This document shows positions 36,789 to 46,805 of a stretch of 64,000 bases of DNA, piece after piece. Within the stretch, counting starts at the first letter, position 1; each line of letters begins with the position of its first letter. Source of the stretch: Macrostomum hystrix. Lineage: Eukaryota > Animalia > Platyhelminthes. The notes under the pieces are model-generated. The model did not search any database, was not told the origin of the DNA, and saw only the letters and a list, made by a program, of their open reading frames with translations. The stretch lies in the NCBI GenBank assembly GCA_950097015.1, contig CATNEN010000039.1, positions 4,216,001-4,280,000 of the forward strand, given 5' to 3'. A program made the translations under genes and the position numbers.

Positions 36789-38785
36789 ATGTCCGAAAGA
36801 GTTATGAACGTCGATTTGTTAGCCATCGGTTCGGCGGGAGAAGCAGCGATTCACACAATGGAATTCATTGAGCTTTCCATGAAGGAGTTCGACCTGAATA
36901 TTATTGAACTATCACCAAGCAGCCTAGTCAACATAGAAGAATGCGAGCTACTCAGGGAGTTGCTGCCAACAAGCGACTGTGCAGTTGTCCTTCTACTCAA
37001 CGAGCCAGTACAAGAACCAATGCGGCTGAGACTATTAGCATATCTGCATGAAGTAGCCATCAGAATAGTAAGTTTTATACAATATATCTATTGCAACAGC
37101 TTTTATACACAAATTTGACATCACACAATCTTCTCTAAAACAACAGTGCCCAAATAAGCGAAGACCTGGACTTCATGTAATAAAAAACTTCACTTGCAAC
37201 GCCAAAGTCGGAAAAATCTTCCAAATTGATGAGCAACAGCGGCAGTGTTTTCACTTCTGGGATTTCAAAATAACACCAGTGGAAGAATTCGCTGGGCATT
37301 TACGAACATCAATACAAAGTATGTTTGAATTTCATATACTTGTACCTTTCAGTGTGCCCTTTTTTCCGACAACGATTGACTATTTTACTGGTAAAAACGA
37401 TACTTTTAGAAGTTAGAAGTCCCAGCACTCATGGAGAGAGCTTCGCGTGGCAGCTTGCAGCTGGGTTTCTGTCCTACATTCTGCCTAATTTGAGAGGCCA
37501 GATTCGGGCTTCACTCTTCGACCAAAGCGGCTGCATCAGACAAGATTTGCTGACCGAGTTCAGAGTCACGGGCATTGACCCGACCAGAATTCTCGTCGTT
37601 CCGAGGTTCCTGCTGGTGCTCGATGAGCGCATTGTGCTCGGTCAGCAGTCGGTGTCCAGCATGTGTCCGCAACACCTGTTTCCCGGCTGCTCAAAGATCT
37701 GCAGCGCATCCACTGAGCTGAGCCTCGAGTTCGACAGTCCTGGATACAAGAAGCGAGTGCCAGCATACCTGATGCAGCTCGAGCAGCCCCTCACAAAGGG
37801 TCAGTCGACATTCACACACGCTGTGATCTTCGGCGGCTATGCTGCACCGATGTTCGTCATGCAGAAGCTGAGCATGAGCGATGAAGAGAAGAAGCAGATG
37901 TTTGAGCAGTTCAGAGATGAGCTCAGCTTCATTCAGCATCACCCGAGAGCGAATGCGATTCTGAGAGAGCTCAGCGACTGCAGCTCAGATGGCGTCAGCG
38001 AGTCGGAGCCGAGTGCACTTCACGTGATCGACATGAAGGAGGAAGACTCGCTGAGGTCTTCCATCGTTGCTAGCATTGAGGACTTTCTGCTTTTTGATGA
38101 CTGGAGCTTGGTTTCAGGTGTCATAGAGCAGTTGTGCGAGCTGTCATTCGATTTTCCTGTCAAGTCGACGGCCTTTGCCTTGGCTGCGAACGTGTGGTTT
38201 GGATTTGCTCAGCTTGTCAGTGATTGTAAGTTCATATTGTGGCTTTTTAATTGTTAATTGCTTTCTTCTTATCAGCAGACAGCCTTTATCATTCGGAGCC
38301 AAACTCACTTTATTGTAGACCTTTCGCAACTATCCACTGATGGGGAGCAGATGCCGTTCGACCTGCCGTACTTCTTCGTGATCCCGAGGAGCGGTCGCTT
38401 CCCTGACGAGTCGAAGCTGCTCAGCCGGTTCGCCGAGGTCGGAGCTCAGTCGAGTGTGCAGGAGTTTCGAGCAGCCAGCGGCAGACGCTACAGCTTCCGA
38501 GTGCACGAGTGGAGGTCGCGCAGGATCGCATTCGAGATTCCGCCGTGTGTGCTCGGGCTTCGAAGGCAGGCGGAGTGCGGCGTCGGTGGAATCGACGCAG
38601 GAGACCTGCCGACTCACCTTGCCGAGCTCCGAGACGCTCTCAGCAAGCTCGCTGCAGACGGTGGAGACCGATTCCGGGTGGTCGAGTGGGATGACGTCAC
38701 TGGCTTTGAACAGCTTCTGTGGACTGATCCGACTAGTGGTTACTGTTTGAGTCTATTGGACTTTTTGGAAACCCGTTTTTTCTGA
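36789..38785 (+). CDS. Gene C: TIR-STING-STING protein, 577 aa (exons 36789-37067, 37147-37318, 37410-38225, 38319-38785)
   Basis: Exons sum to 1734 nt in frame; intron phases match gene B. STING cores are nearly identical to gene B; the TIR-like N-terminus is divergent (VDLLAIG...ELLPTSDCAVVLLL...YLHEVAIR). Confidence 0.82.
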
Positions 38786-40149
38786 ATACGTTTGTGCATC
38801 TTTGTAAATCGTCTTGGTCGATTCCTTTGTTAATTTTTAATTGCAAGTCATTCAGACTTTAGAAATTTGTTAATTCATGTGCCGTTGTTTGCTATTTAGT
38901 GCTTGAATTAGCTTGTTTTTAAATCGTTTCATTCTTACGATATTTAACGTACACGAACTCGTGCATACTATGTACGACCGTTAGTATTGATCTGAGCATT
39001 ATTTTTTGTCCGTATAGACACGCAAATAACATAGTGTTGAACTTTGCTAAAAAATCATACAGCTTTACTTTGTATATTTGATGCGTTCTTAAATTCACTA
39101 CGAAATGCTTGTATCTCTGCTAGATCTGGCTTATAGAAATGCTACTTAGTTTCTGATGTTGTTTATGTTAAATAAAAACATTTCATCAAACTAAGTGCTG
39201 CTTAAAGGAAAAATATTATTTTTTCAAAATGGAAAGGTTAGCTCGTAAATAGGGCATGCTTTTCTATGAGTATAGTGATTCACGTAGACGTGCATAGCGC
39301 TTGTCGCGGCCGTACCGCTGTGAAAATTCTGTGAAAGACCCGTGGAATTTCCGCGGCACTTCCAAATGGCCGACTGTTATCACTCAGACAAAATAAAAAA
39401 AAACATTTTGCTTCGTAAAAATTACGAAGCTTTTGTCGCCGGCAGAAGAAAAAAACAATTGGAGGAGCATGGATTTTTATAAATTGGCTCGTCCAGAGCT
39501 GAACTGAGTCGTGTTGAAGTTCAGCATTCCATGTAGTACATGGCTGATGTTCGTTAATTTATTCTTATCGTGTCTAATGCGATTGTGAGACTAATGATCA
39601 ATAAACAAAATTAAAATAAATATTAATTACTCATGAAGCTTTATAATATTCGTTGAAGCAACATGTTTTGCTGGATATGTTAAAAGAACAGCATTGGATC
39701 TTCTTTGAATAAAAATTTATCAACATTTTAATGTGAAAAAACGTGCAAAGTTTCTATCTCACTAGTGCCTTTTCTCGTGAAAATCTGCCTTAAATAAATT
39801 TTCCAAGAAACGAAGAGTCCCGTCCATCTTCTTCTAGTGGTCCTTAAAACTGAAGTGTACAATGAAGCACAACACTTGCGAAGCTCAAACCACTTCCCCT
39901 CTAGGATTGAAAGCCTTTTTCGCGCAATATCTATCGAAACTTGACGCACAAAATAACAGTATCATCAAACAGGGTGATAAAAATTTGGCGGCCTTCGCTG
40001 TTTGGCCGATCTTCTCGGCAGCCTGGGAGCAGCTGGTCAGTTACGGCTTCGGTGTCATTCGGGCCATCGTCGCCGTTCAGCTGCAGCTGCTCCCAGGCGT
40101 CGGGCGCAACAGGGTATGCGGCCAGTCCGCAGCGTCGTGCACCTGCTCG

Positions 40150-41700
40150 TGATCAGGTACCCCTGGCTACGGCTGGGGGGAAAGGTGACACCCTGTGACC
40201 TTAACAAGGTACGCAGCTGGACTGCGGGTCTGGCGCTGCTTTCTGTGGCTCTCTAAGGCCCAAGGTCTCGCCGTGCCGAGGGGCGCTTGGCCGGGGAGTA
40301 GTCCGGTCGTTAGCGGCTTCTTTTTCTTATTTCTTTTTATCTTGTGAGTCACCGCTCCTCCCGCTTTCAGCGATGGCTTCTTCCACCTATTTTATTAAAT
40401 ATAATGAAACCGTGAACCCCCGGTTGCTCCGGCCGCTTCCAACCGCGCCAACGTCGCCCCATCGGGTGCTACCGGACCTGCTGCCGCCCCATCTGACGGC
40501 AGATCCGTCTCTGGGCCTCTAGACATCCGGTCCAAAGAAGCCCGTCACGGTCGCAACCAACGTCGCAATGAGCGGCGACGGCGGCAACGTGGGAGGGAGG
40601 CCGCGGGTCGGCAGCCCGCGGAGGTGGTGCCTCAAGTGGGCGAAGGTGCGGTTGGGCCGAAAGGAGCCACCGCTACCCCAGCCCCTCGGGAAACCGCCTC
40701 CGCTGGGTCACCACCCGGCGAGCCCATCGTCAGCGCGGCTGGGCCATCTGGAGCCGCCGCACATGCAACGGTGGCGAGCGAGGCTCCGGCCATCCAGCCA
40801 TCTACCGAACTCAAGGCGTCCTACGCCTCCAAGGCCAGCGCCATGCTCCAACCCGCGGTCATTGTTTTTGCGGAAGAGCAAGACCTCACGGCCGAGCAGC
40901 TCGACAGTGCCTGGCGCACAATCGATGCTTCGCTCATCGACCAGTTTCTGACAGGCCGCCCTGTGAGTGTGGACAAGTCAGCTAAGACGGACGGCTGCAT
41001 CTTCATCTGTTGCAACTCGAAGGAGAGCAGCCGAGCTCTACGCGAGCTTCTGCCACAGCTAAAGTGGCCTAGGAAGCTCGGCAAGCTTACCTTTGCCAAC
41101 GCCAAAAGACCGAGCGCGTCCGCGTTTGGATTCCGAATGGCAGTGCCATCAAATCTGGGGATCAGCTTAGGCAGATTCGGCTGAAGCTGCACCCTGACCT
41201 TGAGGCCAACGGGCTCCTCCACCATGCCTCCTCCCGCAAGGAGAAAGGGTTCACGGTGATCCTGGGGCTCTCGAATGCGTGGACCAAGCGCTTGCCGCCA
41301 AAGTTCGTCATTCACCTTGGACTTACTCGGCTGACCATCCTCCGCTGAGAGTAGCTGAAAGCTGACGAAGCCAAGCAAGCCAAAACTCCTGAGTCCGGAT
41401 CCGGGGCGCAAGATCCTCCGGCAAAGAAGCAGAGTTAAACGGTGGATCCCCAAGTAGCTCGCGCTGCCGAATCCGGACCTCGTGACCGCAGGCCTGCCAG
41501 GTCCACCCGGAGATCTGGGCTGGTCCAGTGTAGCTGGTTTCAGTCGTCCTGACTCTCGGCCACCACCGTCGCCGGCATATCGCCCGTAGTTTGGTTCCAA
41601 CGCTCCACCAGGCCGTTGCCGCTGGGTTGAAAGGGCTGTATTTAGCTGACGCCAGTAGGTGTACAAGAGAACGTCGCCGTTTTTATTCCGCACGACAATC
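40150..41700 (+). mobile_element. 5' part of a decayed non-LTR retrotransposon (GC-rich 5' UTR and frameshifted ORF1, DUF4780-like; R1/LOA-type)
   Basis: GC-rich island; ORF 40624-41184 has LDSAWRTIDASL...DGCIFICCNSKESSRALRELL, resembling R1/LOA ORF1; frame is broken on both sides. Confidence 0.55.
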
Positions 41701-41807
41701 AGATTGTTGGCCCATGGCGAACTAGATGGATCGATGATGTCATACTGGCCGATCTTCAGTATTTTCAGGCCCTTTCAACTGTAATTTATAGTTTAGATTT
41801 TCGTTTA

Positions 41808-42340
41808 ATAACAGTAGGAAGACCACAGGGTACTTCAAATACCCACTAACTATTTCACGATTTTCGCAAAAGTCCACCATAAAGATCGAGATTGTCCGCC
41901 CAAAACAATGAACTAACTTTTAATGACGTCCAACGTCAGATCGTCGAGATATTCAGCGATTCAGTCAAATACCCTGGTGACAAGGACAAATAGCATTGCT
42001 ATGTATCTTTGCCGAATCCATATTTGTTCAAAGGCCTATAAATTTCTGTCAACAATAAAGGCTAACATGGTTAGATGATGACCTTTTCGAGAGCAGAAAA
42101 TTTTTGCTTAAATTGGCGGTTATTGCCACCATACACACCGACAAGAATCGTTGAATATCTTGGCGATGCCGATGTTTTGTGACTCTGGAAGTGCTAAAAA
42201 TTGTATATCGTGTTCTGGATTTTTATGGCGATTTGTTTAATATTTTGGGTCACACAAAAAATAAGAATGTACTTTCCGTGGTCTTTCACATGTTAACAAA
42301 AGGTATTTGAAACACCTTCCGTGGTCTTTCTTATGTTAAC
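41808..42340. mobile_element. TTAA-flanked MITE family, copy 3, both termini visible
   Basis: Left taacagtaggaagaccacagggtacttcaaatacc and right ggtatttgaaacacc...gtggtctttcttatgttaa are inverted partners. Confidence 0.65.
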
Positions 42341-42681
42341 AAAGGTCTTTGAAAAAAGTTCCACATTCTTCTGGGACATACCCAAAGTAGCGGCAGGCTA
42401 GCATTATTTGCATTTCTGCATTTTCTGCAGCCAGACTTTCCTCTGTCGCAGGCGAGCGTTGTGCACATGCCGCTCGATGCGATGAAGAATGCCGCATCTG
42501 CTTCCGTTGCAGCAACTGCAAGGCACTCCATTTCCGTCCTCACCTTACTCGAGGCCACTTGTCGATACTCGCCGATGTCATCTCGCTGCAGCCTCCAGTC
42601 AGACGCCAAGCAAAGAAGAACACGGCTGGCAACTGCCAGAAGCAACGCACAGCTTCGCGTCATGCCTTCGCGTCGCGTCAT
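42331..42681 (-). CDS. Small secreted Cys-rich PAN/apple-like protein; 3' end runs into the MITE
   Basis: Hydrophobic signal-like N-terminus (CALLLAVASRVLLCLA) then RTEMECLAVA...AAFF...GMCTTLAC. Similarity is weak. Confidence 0.4.
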   Translation of the reverse strand: MTRREGMTRSCALLLAVASRVLLCLASDWRLQRDDIGEYRQVASSKVRTEMECLAVAATEADAAFFIASSGMCTTLACDRGKSGCRKCRNANNASLPLLWVCPRRMWNFFQRPLLT

Positions 42682-43129
42682 ACAAAAATAATTGCCAGAA
42701 ATCTTCCAAATTTTCTGCAGCGCCTCGACTCTTTAGATATAGTGCGGGCTGCATCCTAAAATCTAGCATTCAAATCCATTGTTTCATTTTCTTTAAGTTT
42801 TGCAAGGGAGCCACAATTACGAGAATTACGAGACAAACACGCAGGTGTCCATAATAAATACCAAAGGTTCCAACAATACAGCTCTAAAACCACTGGAGGG
42901 AGAGGAAACTGCTTGTTAACGCTGAATAAAGAATTATATTTACCTCAGGGAATTTAGAATTTTTCGCATTTGCTGCGTTATAATTCGGAATTTTAAAAAA
43001 TGCAAGCCTAGCAACAATGCAAGCTTATAAGGAGCTAAATAAACACAGAATACTGTGTGTTGGAAATGCACGCACGGAAAGACACTTCATGCATTCCCAA
43101 TGAGTTAACTCTCATGGCATGAGTTGCAA

Positions 43130-43760
43130 GCTAAAGTTGAGCAAGAACCCGCGCCTTTAATTGCCATTCGGCCCTACCAAAGAAGCTGGTCCAATTAAGC
43201 ATATGCCTAAAAGGTGCATTTTTAAGGGAAACGATGTTCTTCATGCCATCTTGGAGGCGCTGGAAATTGGCACTCTTTCGGTCTTCCTGGACATCGAGGG
43301 AGCCTTCAAAAACATGTTGCTCGAAGCTCTCGGCAGAGCCAAAGTGGCCAGTGGCCAGGCCGATGCACCCGCCTTGCACACGCACCTAGCATGATCCAGA
43401 ACCCTTGTCCTGGCGCACCTGAACGGTTGCTGGCGTTAAAACACCGGAAAAGTGAACCAACACACTCACGTTTCACGTGAAACGTGAGTGCAGAACTGTC
43501 GCCAGTCCGAAAATGCGGGCCATGGTCCCATCTCACTCCATCCAACAGCCGGCGTACGTGCAGTTTTTTAGGTTCAATCCAGACCTCACAGAGTCAACAG
43601 TGCCACTTCAGCGCAACGGCTGTTTCTCCCGTCACCGGCGCAAGGACTTCTAAACTACAAGGACTATTATCATACTGTACAAGGCCCTTTTTTTCTGGAC
43701 GGAAAGGGAATAAAAAACGGTGCGTACTCTCCCTGGGACCCAAGATGGTCGGGTGTCAAG
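43130..43760 (+). pseudogene. Reverse transcriptase and C-terminal remnants of a non-LTR retrotransposon
   Basis: RT motif SVFLDIEGAF, then a decayed C-terminus (LAHLNGCW...SPVRKCG) with stops and deletions. Confidence 0.65.
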
Positions 43761-45256
43761 TTGCAGAGCGATTCGAGCGATTACAAATCAAATGATGTTG
43801 TTCGAGAATCGGTGGGCATTCCATTGCGGATCCGAATTCGTCCCTTCGGGCTGTCACAACTTGCAGTGTCGGTGGAAAGTTTACAGAAGACTTATTGTGA
43901 CCCATCTTGTCGCATAAACTACGTCTGGCTCTGGTTTGTTTTATTTTTATTATATTTTTAGATATTTTGTGGATTTTAATCATATTAGCGTAGAAGTAAT
44001 TGAGGATTTAAATCTGCCGTCGACGTTGGCAGACAGCACGAAGCTTGGACGCAAGTCTTTCTCGTCGATAGAAGCACTTTTCGTCACCGCGGCTTCTTTA
44101 TTGCCATGGATTCAGTTTTTGCATTTCGAGCACTGTGGCGGGGCACTAATGCACTATATGACCACCGTTCGCCTCAGATTAGCCACAGTTCGATAGCCGA
44201 GTTAGATTTTTGACTGTGTTGTTGAATTTGTCTAGCTAAATATATGTAAATCATAATTTTAATGTTAATATTGTCATCTATATTCTATTAGTTTGATTTG
44301 TTTCTTAATGTTTTGTTTTACTTAATGAAACGCTTATTATAAGAAACAGAACTTGTATTAATTTTCGAATTCCTGTTTGATCTTTATACCGAAATTAACT
44401 TTTTTATCACATGCAGATGCAATTACAGTATATTCAGATTCAAGTCGAAGTATAAAGTGAGGCTGAGATCGATTGAAATTGGTGTGCGTATTTAGGAAAC
44501 AAATATAGCTAAATTTAGAATTTTTACAAGTCTAAATAATGAATATTTTAACACGCTTGAAATCTCAAATTCCGAATAAGAAAACTTTTCAACAAGCCAA
44601 ATGTATGGATATGTTACTGGGCCTTTGGAATCTTCCAACTTGGAGTTGCTGTTGGGAGTGAATTCTAGTCGTTTGGGTAATAGACACGTTGGTAACAACC
44701 AATTCGGTAACAAATGATCTGATCGGGTCTGATCTAGTTTATAGGCCCCTATTGTCTTTTTATGTCACAAATTCTAAATGTGGCAGTAGTTTTGTGTTAT
44801 TTTTTTTAATTCAGCTGCATAATTTTTGTCTTAGTATTTTTTATAAAATGGAGACTGTAAAGTAATAAAAAAGCATGGAGGTGTACCATATATGCATAGA
44901 AATATATACATTTACTTTAAGTCTGAACTGTGATATAATAGCAAATAGGCCTAGCTATAATAAATGTGACCTTTGAATTTTATTGCATTTGAAATCAAGT
45001 ATTGATTCAAGTATAAAAAATTAAATAACTATAAATGTAGAGTAGATCTTCTTTGTTTCTTAATATTCTAAGTATTTATTGTGCATTGCTCTATATTTTA
45101 GTTTAAATAGTCTAAAATTTTATGGCTAGCCAATCAAATTTTAGTTGGCAATTTGAGATGTGACCACATTTCACTATGGTTAAACATTTGGAATAATATG
45201 CTGTTTAACATGTGGCAAGTCACATATTATGTCTATAATACTACAGAAGAGATAAT

Positions 45257-46017
45257 AGCAATATTGGGCGATTTTCCTCTTTCGTTCGTCAAATTATTTT
45301 TTCGACAGAAACAAGTTGTGACTACTGAGTAATGTCAGAAAACGACAGTAATGGGATGCTGGGACTTAAATTTTTCTCGGAAAGTTGGATGGAGTTGTTT
45401 AACTAAAGACAAACGGTAATGGTAAATGACATGTAATGACAGTAAATGACAACAATAGGGCACTGCGTCCCGTAGCTTGCTCTGGCATACAGAGAGTCTC
45501 ACAAAGTCCAATATGGTTCAACTGGAGCCCCAGCAGTTCACAGTTCACAGGGGGTAATAGTGCGCAATCCAAAAGAGAATGTTTCCGAACACGTTCTCGT
45601 TGGCCAGCTCGCGCATCGTAAAGCTTATGTCGCACAGCTCCAGCAAGGGACGCAGTTGTCCAGGAGGGACGATGAATGTAGGTGCCGCTGGGCGCCCAGC
45701 CATGTTGCAGTTCGAGTAAAATTTAATAAAATTTAACAAGTGAAGACTCAATGCGATAAGTCAAAGCTCATGCGAGAGTGGGAAGGGGAGCAAGGAGCGA
45801 GTGCAAGCTGCTGCCTATACTCTGCCACGAACCAAGTAGGTGAGTAGTGCCATAGACATGTGTCAGCAGCAACCCCATGTCCTTTCCACTACTGCCACAT
45901 CATTTTTTCAATAGGCACAATTTCAAATGCTGCCACGTCACTTTTTCGCGTCTACGCACCGATTCAAATCGAAAAAATAATTTAACGAACAAAAGAGGAA
46001 AATCGCCCAATATTGCT
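45257..46017. mobile_element. MITE of about 760 bp with about 48-bp terminal inverted repeats
   Basis: agcaatattgggcgattttcctctttcgttcgtcaaattattttttcga at 45257 pairs with tcgaaaaaataatttaacgaacaaaagaggaaaatcgcccaatattgct ending at 46017. Confidence 0.8.
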
Positions 46018-46605
46018 GTTTGTTTTGTGTATTTTTTTAGTTTGAATTAGTGTTTATATGTCATGTAGAGTCTGAATTAAAGCCAACTATGGGCCTGGTC
46101 ATGCCACATCATTTTTTAAATGGCCAGAAACAAGGCCAAAATCGCCCAGCTGGGCGCCCAGCCATGTTGCAGTTCGAGTAAAATTTAATAAAATTTAACA
46201 AGTGAAGACTCAATGCGATAAGTCAAAGCTCATGCGAGAGTGGGAAGGGGAGCAAGGAGCGAGTGCAAGCTGCTGCCTATACTCTGCCACGAACCAAGTA
46301 GGTGAGTAGTGCCATAGACATGTGTCAGCAGCAACCCCATGTCCTTTCCACTACTGCCACATCATTTTTTCAATAGGCACAATTTCAAATGCTGCCACGT
46401 CACTTTTTCGCGTCTACGCACCGATTCAAATCGAAAAAATAATTTAACGAACAAAAGAGGAAAATCGCCCAATATTGCTGTTTGTTTTGTGTATTTTTTT
46501 AGTTTGAATTAGTGTTTATATGTCATGTAGAGTCTGAATTAAAGCCAACTATGGGCCTGGTCATGCCACATCATTTTTTAAATGGCCAGAAACAAGGCCA
46601 AAATC
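45687..46605. repeat. Tandem duplication of 457 bp (45687-46143 and 46149-46605)
   Basis: The two copies appear identical by eye, offset 462 bp. Confidence 0.9.
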
Positions 46606-46684
46606 AAAATATTTTTATAACTTGAGAAAAGCCAGCCACCATTTTATGGCCATAGTTCTGGCCAGCTTGGAGAATTGAAGGTAG

Positions 46685-46805
46685 ATGTGGCGTCCCCATA
46701 GTCCATGGACTGAACAGCTATATGCAGCCTTCAGTTTCACCACACAATGTGCTGTCGGCTGCATATCTAACCCTATTGGGGCAGGTGTAATAAATTAATT
46801 ATTAA
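46685..46805 (+). mobile_element. SINE family 1, 3' fragment
   Basis: agtccatggactgaacagct...gtgctgtcggctgca...ggggcaggtgtaat. Confidence 0.7.

Noticed and set aside
10667-38785. Bacterial CBASS TIR-STING contamination or recent horizontal transfer
   Set aside because: The genes have spliceosomal introns with conserved phases, animal-type STING helix motifs and host SINE/satellite surroundings; no CD-NTase or cGAS-like gene is seen in the window.
40821-41693. 290-aa minus-strand ORF
   Set aside because: Antisense to the GC-rich retrotransposon ORF1 remnant; no recognisable motifs.
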